Shown here: positions 37,150-51,093 of the stretch, in pieces
How the letters are laid out: every line of letters begins with the position of its first letter
Position numbering within the stretch: position 1 is the first letter of the stretch
NCBI RefSeq assembly: GCF_006345805.1
Contig: NC_043005.1
Location: 27,962,001 to 28,026,000, forward strand
Origin: Octopus sinensis
Taxonomy: Eukaryota
Reading direction: 5' to 3'
Length of the DNA: 64,000 nucleotides
Made by a program: the position numbers and the translations under genes
The notes under the pieces: model-generated
Databases searched by the model: none
Seen by the model: only the letters and a program-made list of their open reading frames with translations
Told to the model about the DNA's origin: nothing

Positions 37150-37779
37150 ATTATTATTATTATTATTATTCATGTCTTCAGTGATGGATGAGGCATTTCA
37201 GTTCCTGGAAAACAATCTTACAAATATTCAAAGCTAATAAACACCAAGTGAGAATGTTTATAATAATACTTACATATTCTACTATTCTTATTTTTTGGAA
37301 TATATCAGTTTCCATCATCATATTGAACTAATTTTCTGCAGAGTATTTTCAGTTAAGGATAAGTTACGGCACTTCCAGCCTTTACAGTTAATTTCTTTTT
37401 TCATTATTGAAAAAAGAAAATTCTAGTAAACCTCAACCTGAAACAATGAATTAAATAAATATAATACCAAGGGAACTATGATACACAAAACTTTTCATTA
37501 AAAAAAATCAAAGCATAATATAAAGAATGCAGCAGAAAGCATAGTTCCTCTAAAACTGAAGTTTCTCAACTGGACATCAACTAACCACAGCATTAAAACC
37601 TGAGAAATAACTCAACATGACTCAGATTAGAACATGATGCTCTTAACTTAATGAAGAGCATAAAATTCTCAAAAGCAATCTGAGAAGTCCAGTAAAAGGC
37701 AGCAGAATGATATAAAAACAATAAACTCTTTGTACACATTTGTATTTAGGTACAAAATAAACTTAGGAACTTACAGCAT

Positions 37780-38045
37780 TGAAAGATTGCAGCAATGGTA
37801 CCACAGGCAGGTTATTAGAATGTTGCTGCAAGATGAATTCTTCAAGGTAAGCCAACAGGCAAGAGACCTAAGGGTGGACCAAAAATGAGATAATTGAATA
37901 ATATCCAGAGTCTCAGTTGTTCATTTTTGCAAATCCATTTAGAAAATATAATGACGGTTGCTTCTGACAGGACCCTATGGAGTGGGAGCCAGAGGACTTT
38001 ACCTCCATCACTTTTCAAGGAATAGTGGTTGGGAAAGATGGATGG
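37780..38045 (+). mobile_element. Old RTE-like LINE C-terminal fragment
   Basis: QGKPTGKRPKGGPKMR...IMTVASDRTLW resembles the RTE G-R-RGRP...DR..W motif. Confidence 0.55.
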
Positions 38046-38449
38046 CTTCATGGATAAATGACCAAACAACAGATGCAGTTAAGAAGGAGTTTATCAACAT
38101 ATTCAAAAAGTTATATCCAACATATTATATCTAACATAAAATGGCAGTGCTCCAGCATGGTCACAGTTTGTGAGCTGAAACCAGTTCAATTCAATTCATT
38201 TCATATTTAACAATCATGGTAAATATGAATTTCAATTTTGTTAATTTCATTTGATATGTTACTCTAAAGTTAAATATTGCTAAATATTGCCCTATGACAT
38301 ATTACAGTAAATTCACATTAATACTAACCCTACCCTGCCATGAACCATTAATACCAACCCTACCCTGCCTTGAGCCATTAATTGAAATATCTTGGACCTG
38401 AGTGTATATCTGACTTGTGTCTCTGCATAGGATTCTTTACAGCTAGTTA

Positions 38450-38770
38450 CACTATGGTCAATGCCTGGCTGAAGGACGAAAGAAGTGCTTCAATGACCAG
38501 TGGACACCTTTAATAGTGGAAACCATTGCTGCTTGTATTGTTGGTCTTAATCAATGGAAGGAGATTGGAAATACGAAAAAGAAATGCATTCCTGATTACC
38601 AGATTACCAGAAGTGCCAGAAGAGGCATGCAGTGTTATATGTGGCACTCTCAAGCAAATATTTACATTCCTGTCTGTGACCAGGACTGTTCATCAAGGAT
38701 TTGGATGATTTCGATGTAAAGTCACCGAAGAATCACAAATGAAGATGGTTATCACCAAATTCGATGAACA
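38450..38770 (+). pseudogene. Possible decayed Mutator-like (MULE) transposase fragment
   Basis: Broken frame reads LPDYQKCQKRHAVLYVALSSKYLHSCL*PGLFIKD...FDVKS, reminiscent of the region before the SWIM finger of animal MULE proteins. Recalled similarity only. Confidence 0.3.
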
Positions 38771-38785
38771 GCATTGAGTAAACAT

Positions 38786-38856
<71 letters not shown>

Positions 38857-39309
38857 ATGCGTGTGTGTGTGCGTGCATATGTGTGGTGCATCTGTACAAG
38901 CAATGGATCTGCATATGCAGTGCATGTATGTGCCTGCATGTGTTTGTGTGCACTTGTGCATGCATGTATTTGTGTGTATGTGTGTGTGAATGCATGTGCG
39001 TATGTGCATGTGCGTATGTGCATGTGTGTGTGTGCGTGCATATACACTGCTTAATGATTAATTTCTGATTCTGACTATGGTCTTTAACATTAATATATCA
39101 ATGTTCAATCTGTTTTGCTTACATCAAAACAATTACAATACAATCTGATGTTGCTAAACTAGAGGAAGCATCACAGAAATTTGGTATCTTGTTGCTTTAA
39201 TAAAACAGAGAATCGGATCTGGGAACAACTTTTCACTTCTCATTAGCTTCCTGTAAAGATGGTTTTCTTTTCTGGTTTTATTTCTTAAGCTTTTGTATGT
39301 ATGTATGTA

Positions 39310-39825
39310 TATATAAATATAAAAATGGAACAAAAACGCAACAGAGGACAATAAAAACATTCAGACAGATAGATGATACAAAGGTGGACAAGAGAAACAA
39401 CAATTAGAAGAACAGGCAAAAAAAGACAGGTCATTCGTAGCCTTCTTTCCTCAGTCAAGTGCCAGATATCAAAACCATTTCAGGCAGTTACACATGAGAC
39501 GGTTCGATCTGGTTGCCCCCCAAAAAAGTCTAAGCATTAGACCCCTTTGTAAGAAAGCAAGCGAATGTGTATGATAACAAAGACAAAAAAACAGAGAACA
39601 TGGTACACAATTACAAATACAAACAACAAGAAATAACAACAGGTGTCTTTCGACTGAGAACGAATCAAATTGAGCTGGCATGTATGAAGTGAATGCCTAA
39701 AGGCAGGAACATGGGAGATGGACATAAGAGGTATTGGCAGTTGGTGGTCAGGCCAAGAAAGAAAGATCATGGCTGGCCAGACGTGCAAGTAGAGATGGGT
39801 TGGGGGCAGTGGGATTGAAGGATTA
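39310..39825 (-). repeat. Interspersed repeat, possibly a decayed Penelope-like terminal repeat
   Basis: Non-coding, bounded by microsatellites, decayed hammerhead-like words on the minus strand (gatcgaaccgtc, agtcgaaagacac). Inference. Confidence 0.3.
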
Positions 39826-40147
39826 TGTATGTATGTATGTATGTATGTATGTGTGTGTGTATGTAGATATGTATGTGTATGTATGTATATATGCATGTGT
39901 CTATGTGTGTATGTATGTATATATGTATGTATCTGTGAATGTACGTGTGTGTGTATGTCTGTGTGTATGTATGTATGCATGTATGTATGTATGTATATAT
40001 ATACATGTGAGTGTGTGTTTGTGTATGTATGTATGAACGACTCAATCAATATACATATTCACGTATATATATGCATGCATATATGTATTCATGTGATTTT
40101 AATATAAATATTAAATTGCAATGAATCTTAATATTAAAAGCACAGAA

Positions 40148-40362
40148 AGGTGTGGCGAGCTGGCAGAATCGTTAATATGCCATGCAAAATGCTTAGTGGC
40201 ATTTCATCTGTCTTTATGTTCTGAGTTCAAATTCCACCAAGGTTGACTTTGCCTATCATCCTTTCGGTATCAATAAAACAAGTACCATTTGAGCCCTGGG
40301 ATCAATGTAATCAACTTGCCCTTTTCTCTGAAATTGCTGGTCTTATGCTAAAATTTGAATAC
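40148..40362 (+). mobile_element. tRNA-derived SINE with Nin/Deu-like domain
   Basis: ggcgagctggcagaatcgtt (A box), gagttcaaattcc (B box), gactttgcctatcatcctttcggtatcaataaaacaagtacc. Confidence 0.82.
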
Positions 40363-41214
40363 CAGTATCAGACACACACATACATACAATACTAAAGTGG
40401 ATTTAAATATTAAATTGCAATGAATTTAACATGAAAAAGATGTATGCGCTTATACCATATAAATGCACACACACACACAATGCATGCACAACAAACTTGA
40501 TTTGAATATTAAATTTCAAATTAAATTTTGATTTGTAAAGAAGAGAAGAGAGGAATAAAACACAGATTTGAAAAATTGGAGAAATATTGATAGAAGAAGA
40601 AAAAATATTTCCTCTGGCAGAGAAAGTGAGGAGCAAAAATATGAAATATAAACAAATTTTTTAAAAAATGGTATAAATCTTAGGAAACTATTTCTTTTCC
40701 CTCTAAAAAGCAATAAAAAAAATCAGATATGAAAAAAGAGAAAGGAGAAGAATGAAATCAAAATATAATTAATGGATCAAATGTTGAAATTGGATGCAAA
40801 ATGTGTCAAAAATATTTAAATTATTTGTTTCATGTTTTGTGTTAAATCTGTAAATATGAAATAAGAGAGAGAGAGAGAAAGAAAGAATAAAACAGAAAGG
40901 GAGAAAAGGAAGAAAGAGAGAGCAAAAGAGAGAAAAAGAAAGAGAGCAGGTGGAGAGAGGGAGAAGAAGAACAATTTGTTCATTATATGGTTCGTAGAAA
41001 TCCGTAAATTAATAAGTATTTTGTAAATTATATCTCTGCATGTTTAGGTATATTTTTCTTTATATAGAGAGAAAAATCTGTTCAATGTGTTGGCAGAATA
41101 TAAAAGTATATTCTGTTATACAATTGAAAATAAAAACTAAAATACATATTAAAATAGATACAAGTCTTGATATTTAGCTCAGACCCAGAATACTAAGTTT
41201 ATTTCCAATGCTGT

Positions 41215-41400
41215 AGTCCTCAGGCAGACAGAAATTACACAAATCAATGCTATGCTGTTGAACTCACAGACATGCTGGGCAGAACACATTTTCAGCACAA
41301 AAGAATCATTGCCTACTCATGGCTGTGCTATATGGTGAACTTTCTACAGGATACCATGGCAGGGCGGTGACATGAAAACAAAATATAAGAACACTTACAA
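41215..41400 (+). mobile_element. RTE (BovB-like) RT C-terminal remnant
   Basis: LRQTEITQINAMLLNSQTCWAEH...ctatatggtgaac (LYGE) corresponds to RTE LR..IEAML...QLRWAGH...LYGEL. Confidence 0.6.
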
Positions 41401-41531
41401 AGTCCATTGGTATCTGAAACAGTGAATATCAATAGTTGTTTGCTTTAGTGTTCAGTCATGAGGTTTGGTGATATATTCATTAGTCTTACAGTTCTATATT
41501 TAAGAGATGAAGAATTATGCACATTATTTAT

Positions 41532-41813
41532 ATTATTTACATTATTTACATTCGACAGATATTTGTCCTCATCTTGTTTGTTGTTAACACAATGTTTCGG
41601 CTGATATACCCTTCCAGCCTTCATCAGGTGTCTTGGGGAAATTTCAAACCTGGGTTCTCATTCTTAAAGTATTTTTCTCTGCCTTGAGAAAAATACCTTA
41701 TTATTATTATTATTCAGGTCACAGCCTGGAATCGAACTTGGAATCTTGGGGTTAGTAGCCTATGCTCTTAACCCCTATGCCATATCTGTCAAATGTAAAT
41801 AATGTAAATAATA
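41532..41813 (-). mobile_element. tRNA-headed, hammerhead-tailed SINE-like element with an inverted terminal duplication
   Basis: Minus strand: A box TGGCATAGGGG, B box AGTTCGATTCC (41782 to 41716), (AAT)n, hammerhead 41632 to 41586; 41782-41813 is the reverse complement of 41532-41562. Confidence 0.75.
41586..41632 (-). ncRNA. Minimal type I hammerhead variant (extra A after core; stem III mutated)
   Basis: GACAC CUGAUGA A GGCUG-10nt-CAGCC GAAA CAUU GUGUU; stem I 5 bp, stem II 5 bp; stem III CAUU probably a CpG-decayed CGUU. Confidence 0.6.
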
Positions 41814-42429
41814 TAGATAATGTATTCATTAGTCTGTTTTCAAGAATGCATGTAGAAGTGCTTTTGAGAACAAAAGCAGATTAAGGAAGAAACAAGAGAA
41901 ACCATCACCAAACACTGAACAAAATTTCCCGTAGCCACTGTGGATGGGCCTGTCTATGTCATACTCACCTGGTCAGAAACCAGTGAGCCTGCAGTCAATA
42001 TACATGACCTTCTTGAAGCCAAGTCATAATAATGTTCAAGCAGTGTTACATTTGTGCCAGGCAAAGAGTCTGAGGAAAATCTGTAATAACAATTGCATCT
42101 TTTTCACCTGTCACTGCATAATAATAGGTGTGTGGTTGGCTGGATGGACAGGTAAATGAATAGACTAACAGAGAAAAGGATGGATGGGTAGTGGGGTGGA
42201 TGGAAAGATAGACAAATGGACAGAGGACAGACCAAAAAACGGATGGAAAGACGGAGAGATGGACTGATGGATGAAGAGACAGATGGACAAATGAACGAAC
42301 AGAGGACAGACAGATGGATGAATGGATGGATGGATGGATGGATGGGCAGATAGGTAGACATAAGGTTGGATGGACAGATGGATAAATGGATAAATGAATG
42401 GCTGGATATAAATATGGATGGAGCCAATT

Positions 42430-42860
42430 ACAGTTGTAGCAGGAGCATCATAAACTGCTACATTGGCAAATATGAAATACTAGAGAAAGTAAACTATGGA
42501 AGAATGAAAGAGGTGAACCAGGTTATGAAAGTTAGAGAAAGAAGGGAGCAGGTTTAACCTAGATGAGATATAGTTTAGCTTTATGCCACAAAGAGGTACT
42601 ACTGCTGTTATTTTCCTAAGGGGGAAATATATATCTAAGAATAAGCCTTTATGCATGAGAAAGCTTTTGGTAGAGTCTCATGTTTCAACAGGGACCCTGG
42701 AGAAACTAAGAGCAGATGAATGACTTGTAAGGGTCAAACAAGCTGTGTACAGGCGTGTAGTTAGCAAGGTAAGAATGCAAAGTAAGTTGAGTGATGAGTT
42801 TAGAGTACAAGTATGGGGTCAGTCAGTCTCCAGTCATCAGTCTTCAATCCTCTCTTGTTT
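42430..42860 (+). mobile_element. Decayed RTE RT fragment
   Basis: CSRSIINCYIGKYEILEKVNYGRMKEVNQVMKV corresponds to CSSTIVNCYKGKGDALDRNNYRGIKLLDQVMKV. Confidence 0.7.
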
Positions 42861-42905
42861 CTTCTAGGTCAGAGAAGTGTAAGACCAGTGAGAACTTTTG
42901 TGTAA

Positions 42906-42991
<86 letters not shown>

Positions 42992-44229
42992 ATAACTACA
43001 CTGTCTGCAATCAAGATTTTTTTCCCCAAGGGGATGTTTCTTTTGCTATACATTGACAATATTTTAGATTGCTTTTTTAATAAGGGTGTTTTGGTCATGA
43101 GGGAGAAAATTACTGGTGTTCAAATAGAGCTGAATACCATTGTCTCCATTTGTAGTCTAGACTCACTGCCACAACCACCAACCTTTTAGTGGTTGACACC
43201 ATAAAAATTAAAAACTGCAGAAGTTTTCACCATATTGCAAGAACTCTACCAGATCATAATTAGGTCGATTGAATATTAATCAATATTTCATGCAGTTACA
43301 GAAAGAAAAGAATGGTCAGCAAATGGAGCTGAAAGGTTTTCAAGATAGCCTTCTTTGAAATTTGAACTTGACAAATAATATTAACTTTTGGTAGTATTGT
43401 TTTTGAAATTTAGGTCCAAGGCCAGCAATTTTAGGGCAAGAGGGCAAGTCATTTATATTGATCCTACTACTCAGCTGATACCTACTTTATCAATCCTGAA
43501 AGGATGAAAGACAAGGTTGGCCTCAGTGGCATTTGAACTCAGAACATAAAGAGCCCTCAAAAATGCCATTAAGCATTTTGTCCAGTGTAGTAATGACTCT
43601 GTAAGCTTGCTGCCTTATATCTTTGATAATATTGACCAAAGATTATCACCACTGGTGAATAATGATACTATGTTTGGTAATATCCAACCAGGTATCTGTG
43701 ATGCCAATTTTCAAAAGGCAGTGATAGTAAAAAAGAAAAGTTTAATTTTCATACCTAAAGGTTTTAGGGAACATTCTTGAACTTCCTGGAATTCAACTCT
43801 CTTGGATACATTTTCTCGTTGCGTCTGGAGACCATGTGTCTTTCAACACAAGTTGAATATATTTTTCATCCCTAAACCTTCTCTCAAAGATATTATTTCT
43901 GTTGTAGCTGTCAATGATGTTCTAATTTATAAGATAAATTTCAGCTCTTGTCCTTTGATAATTTATTATTTTTTTACTCATACATATAACATGCATTTAA
44001 CAAATTGTACATTATGTATATTTAAAATGTATAGTATTATAAATAAACCTTACTGAAGATAAGATAATTCTTTCTTTAAGTAATATTTCAACATGTCAAC
44101 ATAACACAACCTACAGATCTAACTGTATGCATCATGTTATACTGTGCACTGTACACTTCTATTTATTTTGGAGAGTCTGTCACTTTTGTTGAAAATGCAA
44201 AATAAATGGAAAGGCAAATTGAGAGTAAA

Positions 44230-44650
44230 TCGCTTTTGTCACTTTTGTCTGCAAAAGTTTGTTCTCCTCAACCTCCTATGAATCAAGCCTCTGGCAAAGA
44301 TGCTGCAATCTTTTTCACTGATACGAATGCAGCAAGTGAATTGATGTTCAGCTGCATTAATGATATTGTTGCCAAATAAAACAAGCTGGTTGACGAAAGT
44401 ATGTGGCATATGATCAAGCGACAAATAGCTGAACTTATTACGGACAATCAACTGGGCAAATTGCCACAATAATCAGTAGGTTCAGTAATCCATGAAATTG
44501 TTGAAAGTCAGAAGACAAATAGTGATTTTGATCTTTAGACTGTCATTCTTATTTTAGATCTATTTATTCAAAGCATTGACACCGTTTTTCAATGGAAAGT
44601 TGTAATATCATGAGGAGTCTTTACCATTTTAAACTTCAGTCAGGAAAGAA
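44230..44650 (+). pseudogene. Possible decayed hAT-like transposase fragment
   Basis: Stop-riddled frame ending SDFDL*TVILILDLFIQSIDTVFQ, loosely like the hAT C-terminal ILD....L..RF segment. Weak. Confidence 0.25.
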
Positions 44651-45116
44651 GGCAGTGCTCACAGAAGACAGATGTGAGTCTACCAACATAGCATGAAACC
44701 AACTCCGTACAATAATAACAATAGTAATTCTTACCAATGTCATTTATGTGTAACTGAGAAATATTACATCACAAACCACCACACACCAACGATGAACTGA
44801 AAGTCAACAATTGCTACACAAAAGTGCGTATGGTCTGTCAGGGATTAGCATCTATGAAAGGATGGAAGGCAAAGTGAAACTTGGTGGAATTTGATGAGAG
44901 CACAGGGAGCCAGAGCAAAAAATTGTAATGCATTCTCCCCAATGCTCTAAAGGCTCAACAAAACAACTGCCTTATACAGAAATACAGAGTTAATGTCAAC
45001 TGGCAGATGGAGTACAAAATATTTATGATCACTTTTCAAGAAAATAGAGTACTAATACTGTCACACACCACATGTCATACCTCCATCTAATCTACTGCTT
45101 CAAGAAGTACAGCAAT

Positions 45117-45500
45117 GGTATGTATGTATGTATGTATGTATGTATGTATGTATGTATGTATGTATGTATGTATGTATGTATGTATGTGTGTGTATATGTA
45201 TGCATGCATGTATGTGTATGTAAGTATGTCTATGAATGTATGTATGTGTATGTATGTATGCATGCATGCATGTATGTGTATGTATGTATGTGTATGTATG
45301 TATGTATGCATGCATGCATGCATGTGCATGTATGTATGTATGTGTATATATGTATGTATGTATGTGTATGTATGTATGTGTATGTATGTATGTATGTATG
45401 TATGTATGTATGTATGTATGTATGTATGTATGTATGTATGTATATATGTATGCATGTATGTGTATGTATGTATGCATGCATGCATGCATGTGTGTATGTG
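45117..45500. repeat. Long degenerate (TATG)n microsatellite
   Basis: Directly visible; source of the MYVC pseudo-ORFs. Confidence 0.96.
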
Positions 45501-45695
45501 ATAGACAGACATACAGACACATAGAGAACACAAAATTTTCTTTCTGACAAAATTTCTTTCTCATATCTTGTTTGATATTTCATGAAAAACAAATTTCTAA
45601 TCTTTCAGTCTTATCAACTCATCAATCATCACTCCCTCATTCAAACATCAAATTTCAGTTTTGCTTTATCTTAAAATTATAATTCTGCTTAAATT

Positions 45696-45777
<82 letters not shown>

Positions 45778-46149
45778 CCCCTCTCTCTCTCTCACTCTCT
45801 CCTCTTATTGCATTTTTCTGCTTCACCATTCCTAAATAATATGTCTTATTTTCACATGAATCCACTAGAAACCATTGATCACATGGCTAAAATACCTAAA
45901 GTGATCCTGTCCAGCGATGACCAAATCAATTCCCAAATATTGAACACCAGTATAACCATTATCAGTAATAGTCTCAGATTGATTAAATCAACTCTACTTC
46001 TTCAAGATATATTTATCTTCTACCAAGTAATGAAATCCAAACCCAAAATTACATCACACACTTTCTCTCTCTCGTTCTTGATCATTCTCTCTCCTTCTTT
46101 CTTGCTCTCCGTCTCTCTTGCTCTCCTTCTCTCTCTTTCTCTTTGTCTC

Positions 46150-46480
46150 TCCCTCTGATTGGGTAACCATATATCCTACTCTAAAGCAAGACACCTATTT
46201 CTATCCCTCTGTCACACCCTAACCTCTCATCACCTGGCACAAGGCCATCTCCAGTATCCCACTTCTCAAAAGACCTTTGTCTTGTGAGGTACTTGGTGAC
46301 CCCACCAGTGCTGGTGCCACATAAAAAGCATCCAGACCACTCTGTGAGGTATTTGGCATTAGGAAGGGCATCCAGCCATAAAAACCATGCCAAAACAGAC
46401 AGTGAAGCCTGATGCAGTCTTCTGACTTATCAGCTCCTGTCAAACTGTTCAGCATGGAAAAACAGATATTAAATTATGAT
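46150..46480 (+). mobile_element. RTE-tail-derived repeat
   Basis: ggtgccacataaaaagca...ggcattaggaagggcatccagcc...cagcatggaaaa matches the RTE 3'UTR sense strand. Confidence 0.7.
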
Positions 46481-47082
46481 TATGATTACACACACACACA
46501 TACATGTGTATATGATGGCCGTCCATTCGTGACCAATGAAGACCAATGCTGACCTTCAGGAACATTGTGCACTCTAGGATATAGGAAAAAAAAAGCAGCA
46601 CATATTGAGCAGGGGTCAGTAATGCCTGTACAGAGTTTTAGATCCAATAAGGCTTGCACAACACCTCATAGACCCTCTCCACTTTATTGACATTATCCAG
46701 AGACAAGCCAGAGCAAGATGTCTGGCGCCAATATGAGTCGCAGGATATGGGAGCACCATGATCTCTAGCACAAACCAAAAAATCCCCAAAATGTCCAATA
46801 CCATTCCCTGAATAAATGGTTTTATATAAGAGTGACCTTCTGGGGTGCCTCCTTCTGGGTGGTCTTCTAGCACACCAGATACCATTCCAGAATTTCTGCG
46901 TACCTATGCTATTGCTAGATAACCATTGAACCTGCACTAGGTTCATCTGACCTTTCAACAGGTCTTGTTTTTAATCCTGCTGGGTTTCTAGCAACCCTCC
47001 CCACCAGGGTAGCCTGGTTGGGGTGCTGGTATAGTCACCGACAGGCCAACCATGCAACATACATACATATAGTTGTTTTCTT

Positions 47083-47164
<82 letters not shown>

Positions 47165-47361
47165 TAATCCTTTCTACTATAGGCCCGAGACCTGAAATTT
47201 GAGGGTGGGTGTGCTAGTTGATTGCATTGGCCCCAGTACTCAGCTGGTACTTAATATATTGACCCCACCAAATGGATGAAAGGTATGATTTCACCAGTTT
47301 ACCACCTTAGTGGTGGTGATGATGATAATGCTGCTGCTGTTGCTGCTGGTGTTGCTGCCAA

Positions 47362-47395
<34 letters not shown>

Positions 47396-47709
47396 GGTGG
47401 TGGTGGTGGTGGTGGTGGTGGTGGTGGTGAAAGGAGGAGGAGGAGAAGAAGAAGTAGAAGAACAACAACAACAAAGCTTTCTACTTTTATGCTTTTCCTG
47501 ACACACTGTTGTGCATTATTTTTATCCACAAACTTTTATAGATTAACTTTTAGCTAATGCAGATCCTCAGAATCCTTCAACTAAGGATCTCACTGTAAAC
47601 TATTAAGAATAAGACAATGCTTCTTCTATGCAAGAATGAAAGCTATATAGCAATCAGTTTCCCTTATAACGAGGCACACATTCTTTATTCTAACATTCTT
47701 TTATATTAA

Positions 47710-48560
<851 letters not shown>

Positions 48561-48829
48561 TGTTCTTTGCTAACAGTCTTTGACATTGCTAATAATAATT
48601 TATTCTAATATTTTGATCGTGTCAGTATTCTCCTGAGATTCCAACTCTGTGCTTGGAGCAGAGTCTTGTTTTACATACTTCCCATTTCATTTCCAACTAA
48701 ATTTACCAGACAAGAACGATATCTACAACTTGTTTGTAAAGGATTTGCTTACCAATTTTAAAACAGATTTGGTAACTCAAGCTTACAAAACTAAACACCA
48801 GAATAATTGCAAAGGAAGCTAATTCTAAG

Positions 48830-49210
48830 TATGGATAGCAGAAATAGCAGAATGCTTAGTGGTATTTAGTTACGTTCATCTACAGTCTGAGTTCAAATCC
48901 AGCTGAAGTTGGTTTTATCTTTAATTTTTTTCAACATCAATAAAATAATTATCAATCAAGTGTTGGAGATTAAGTGTTTCTTTCCTCAATATTTGTGCCA
49001 ATGCACCAATGTCAAAAATGATTGGCAGAACAACAGGAAAAATATACTTCTCATATTATGAGTTCAATTCCTGTTGTAGCTGACTTTACTGTTTCTATAT
49101 CTGGAATTGATGAAATAAGTACCAGTGATATATTGAGAAATACAGTTAACATAACTGACTCTATCCCTCTCACACAAATGTGTAAACTTTTCTAGAAACG
49201 ATTATATTTG
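48830..49210 (+). mobile_element. Two tandem decayed Nin-like SINE copies
   Basis: gagttcaaatcc near 48890 and gagttcaattcc near 49060, each followed by the central domain. Confidence 0.6.
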
Positions 49211-49221
49211 TTATATATGTA

Positions 49222-49590
49222 TAGGCACAGGAGTAGCTGTGTGGTAATTAGCTTGCTTACCAACCACATGGTTTAAGGTTCAGTCCCACTAGGTGGTACC
49301 TTGGGCAAGTATCTTCTACTATAGCCTTGGGCTGACCATAGCCTTGTGAGTGGAACTGGTAGACAGAAACTGAAAGAAGCCCATCGTATGTGTGTGTGTG
49401 TGTGTGTGTGTGTGTATGCCTGTGTTTGTTCCCCTAACATTGCTTGACGACCTATGCTAGTGTGTTTAGGTCCCTGTAACTTAGCAGTTTGGCAAAAGAC
49501 ACTGATAGAATAAGTATTAGGCTCACAAAGAATAACTCCTGGGGTCAATTTGCTTGACTAAAGGCAGTGCTCAAGCATGGTTGCAAAGAA
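49222..49590 (+). mobile_element. Near full-length CORE-like tRNA SINE
   Basis: aggcacaggagtagctgtgtggt...ggttcagtccc...cttgggcaagt...gaataagtattaggctcacaaagaataa. Confidence 0.85.
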
Positions 49591-49601
49591 TATATATATA
49601 C

Positions 49602-49632
<31 letters not shown>

Positions 49633-49634
49633 AA

Positions 49635-49862
49635 CGTGATCAATGCCAGGCCTGCCTGACTGGCTCCTGAGCCAGTGGCATGTAAAAAGCATCCACTACA
49701 CTCTCAGAGTGGTTGGTATCAGGAAGGACATCCAGCTGTAGAAACATTGCCAGATCAGATTGGAGCCTGGTGCAGCTGCTGGCTCTCCAGACCTCAGTGA
49801 AACTATCTAAACCATGCCACCATAGAAAATGGATGTTAAACAATGATGATGATGATGATGAT
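49635..49862 (+). mobile_element. RTE 3'UTR tail insertion
   Basis: Ends ggatgttaaacaatgatgatgatgatgatg; (TA)n on both flanks. Confidence 0.8.
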
Positions 49863-49886
49863 ACATATGTAGATATATATATCTAT

Positions 49887-50190
49887 ATCACGTGATCACG
49901 TGACCGACCAGTCCATCAGATGTAGTTACACATCGCTGGTCACAATGCGTTCGCATTGTTTTTTAGCCTTCGAATGACGCCACCCCGCTGGCTAAGTGAG
50001 CAGGCCAACAGAAGAAAGAGTGGGAGAAAGAGTGGTCAAAGAGTACAGTAGGGATCACCACCCCCTGCCGGAGCCTCGTGGAACTTTTAGGTGTTTTCGC
50101 TTAATAATCACTACGCCCGGTCTGGGAATTGAAACCGCGATCCTACAACCGCGAGTCTGCTGCTCTAACCACTGGGCCATTGCGCCTCCA
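49887..50190 (-). mobile_element. Young tRNA-derived SINE (GC-rich)
   Basis: Minus strand tgtggaggcgcaaTGGCCCAGTGGttagagcagc...GGTTTCAATTCCcag, A and B boxes with tRNA spacing, then a non-tRNA body ending in (TCACGTGA) repeats. Confidence 0.8.
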
Positions 50191-50966
50191 CATATAGCTA
50201 TATATATATATATATCTATCTATCTATACATACATACATACATACATACATACATACATACATACATACATACATACATACATACATACATACATACTTA
50301 CATACATACATACATACATACGTACATACATACATATATACATACCTATATGTATAGCATATCTAAAATATATGTAGTTGAGACACCGGAAACTGTGATT
50401 TTCATCTAAGAAAAATCTCTTAATAGATGTATTGTTAAAAAAAAAGAAACACAATATACTTCGAGCTAGACGTAATGAAATTCCCCTCAAAGTGATTCTG
50501 AGGCAACAGTTATGTACTTCACAATTGTTGCAGCTTCTCAGTGTCACATACTTATGGTGCAAGAGCACTACATAAGCAAAATAAAATTTGACTTATGCAC
50601 TGAAGCCTAGCTATGAAGTATATTCTTTTTTAAAACACAATATGCCTATAGAGAGTTTTTTTCCAGAACGAAAATTGCAGCTTGTGGTGTTTCAATTACA
50701 CAGATATATTAGATATAATACATCTATATGGTTTTTACTACAGAGCTGTTTCCATTGCATAATTCAGATTTTATTTTGCTTATGCAGTGCCTTTTCATAT
50801 CAGTGTATAGTTTATATACTACTCCTAAATACTTCAGACTTTCTAATTCAGTTTCATTTCAGAAGTGATGCAAGTACATAAGAAGCCACAATAATGGTGA
50901 AATATGTATTTGTTGCTTTCACAATCATTTCTGGAGCAATTTCATTTTGCCTAGCTCTGAAATATA

Positions 50967-51093
50967 TTGTGCGTCTTTAGCATTTATAAAGAAATGTTTC
51001 CCAGATAAAAATGGAAGCTTCAAGGATTTTGTGCATCTTTAGCATTTATAAAGAATTGTTTCCCAGATAAAAATGGAAGCTTCAAGGATTTTG
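50967..51093. repeat. 62-bp tandem duplication (2 substitutions)
   Basis: Copies start at 50967 and 51029. Confidence 0.92.

Noticed and set aside
46510-47050. Unique-looking GC-moderate block with 89- and 106-aa ORFs
   Set aside because: No recognisable motif in any frame; probably an old TE UTR, so no call was made.
47276-47557. Poly-D/G/R ORF resembling a low-complexity protein
   Set aside because: Mosaic of GAT/GGT/GAA trinucleotide repeats next to a SINE fragment.
49887-50190. tRNA genes suggested by A/B boxes here and at 30818, 41716, 13667 and 58708
   Set aside because: No acceptor stem or complete cloverleaf; each continues into a SINE body.
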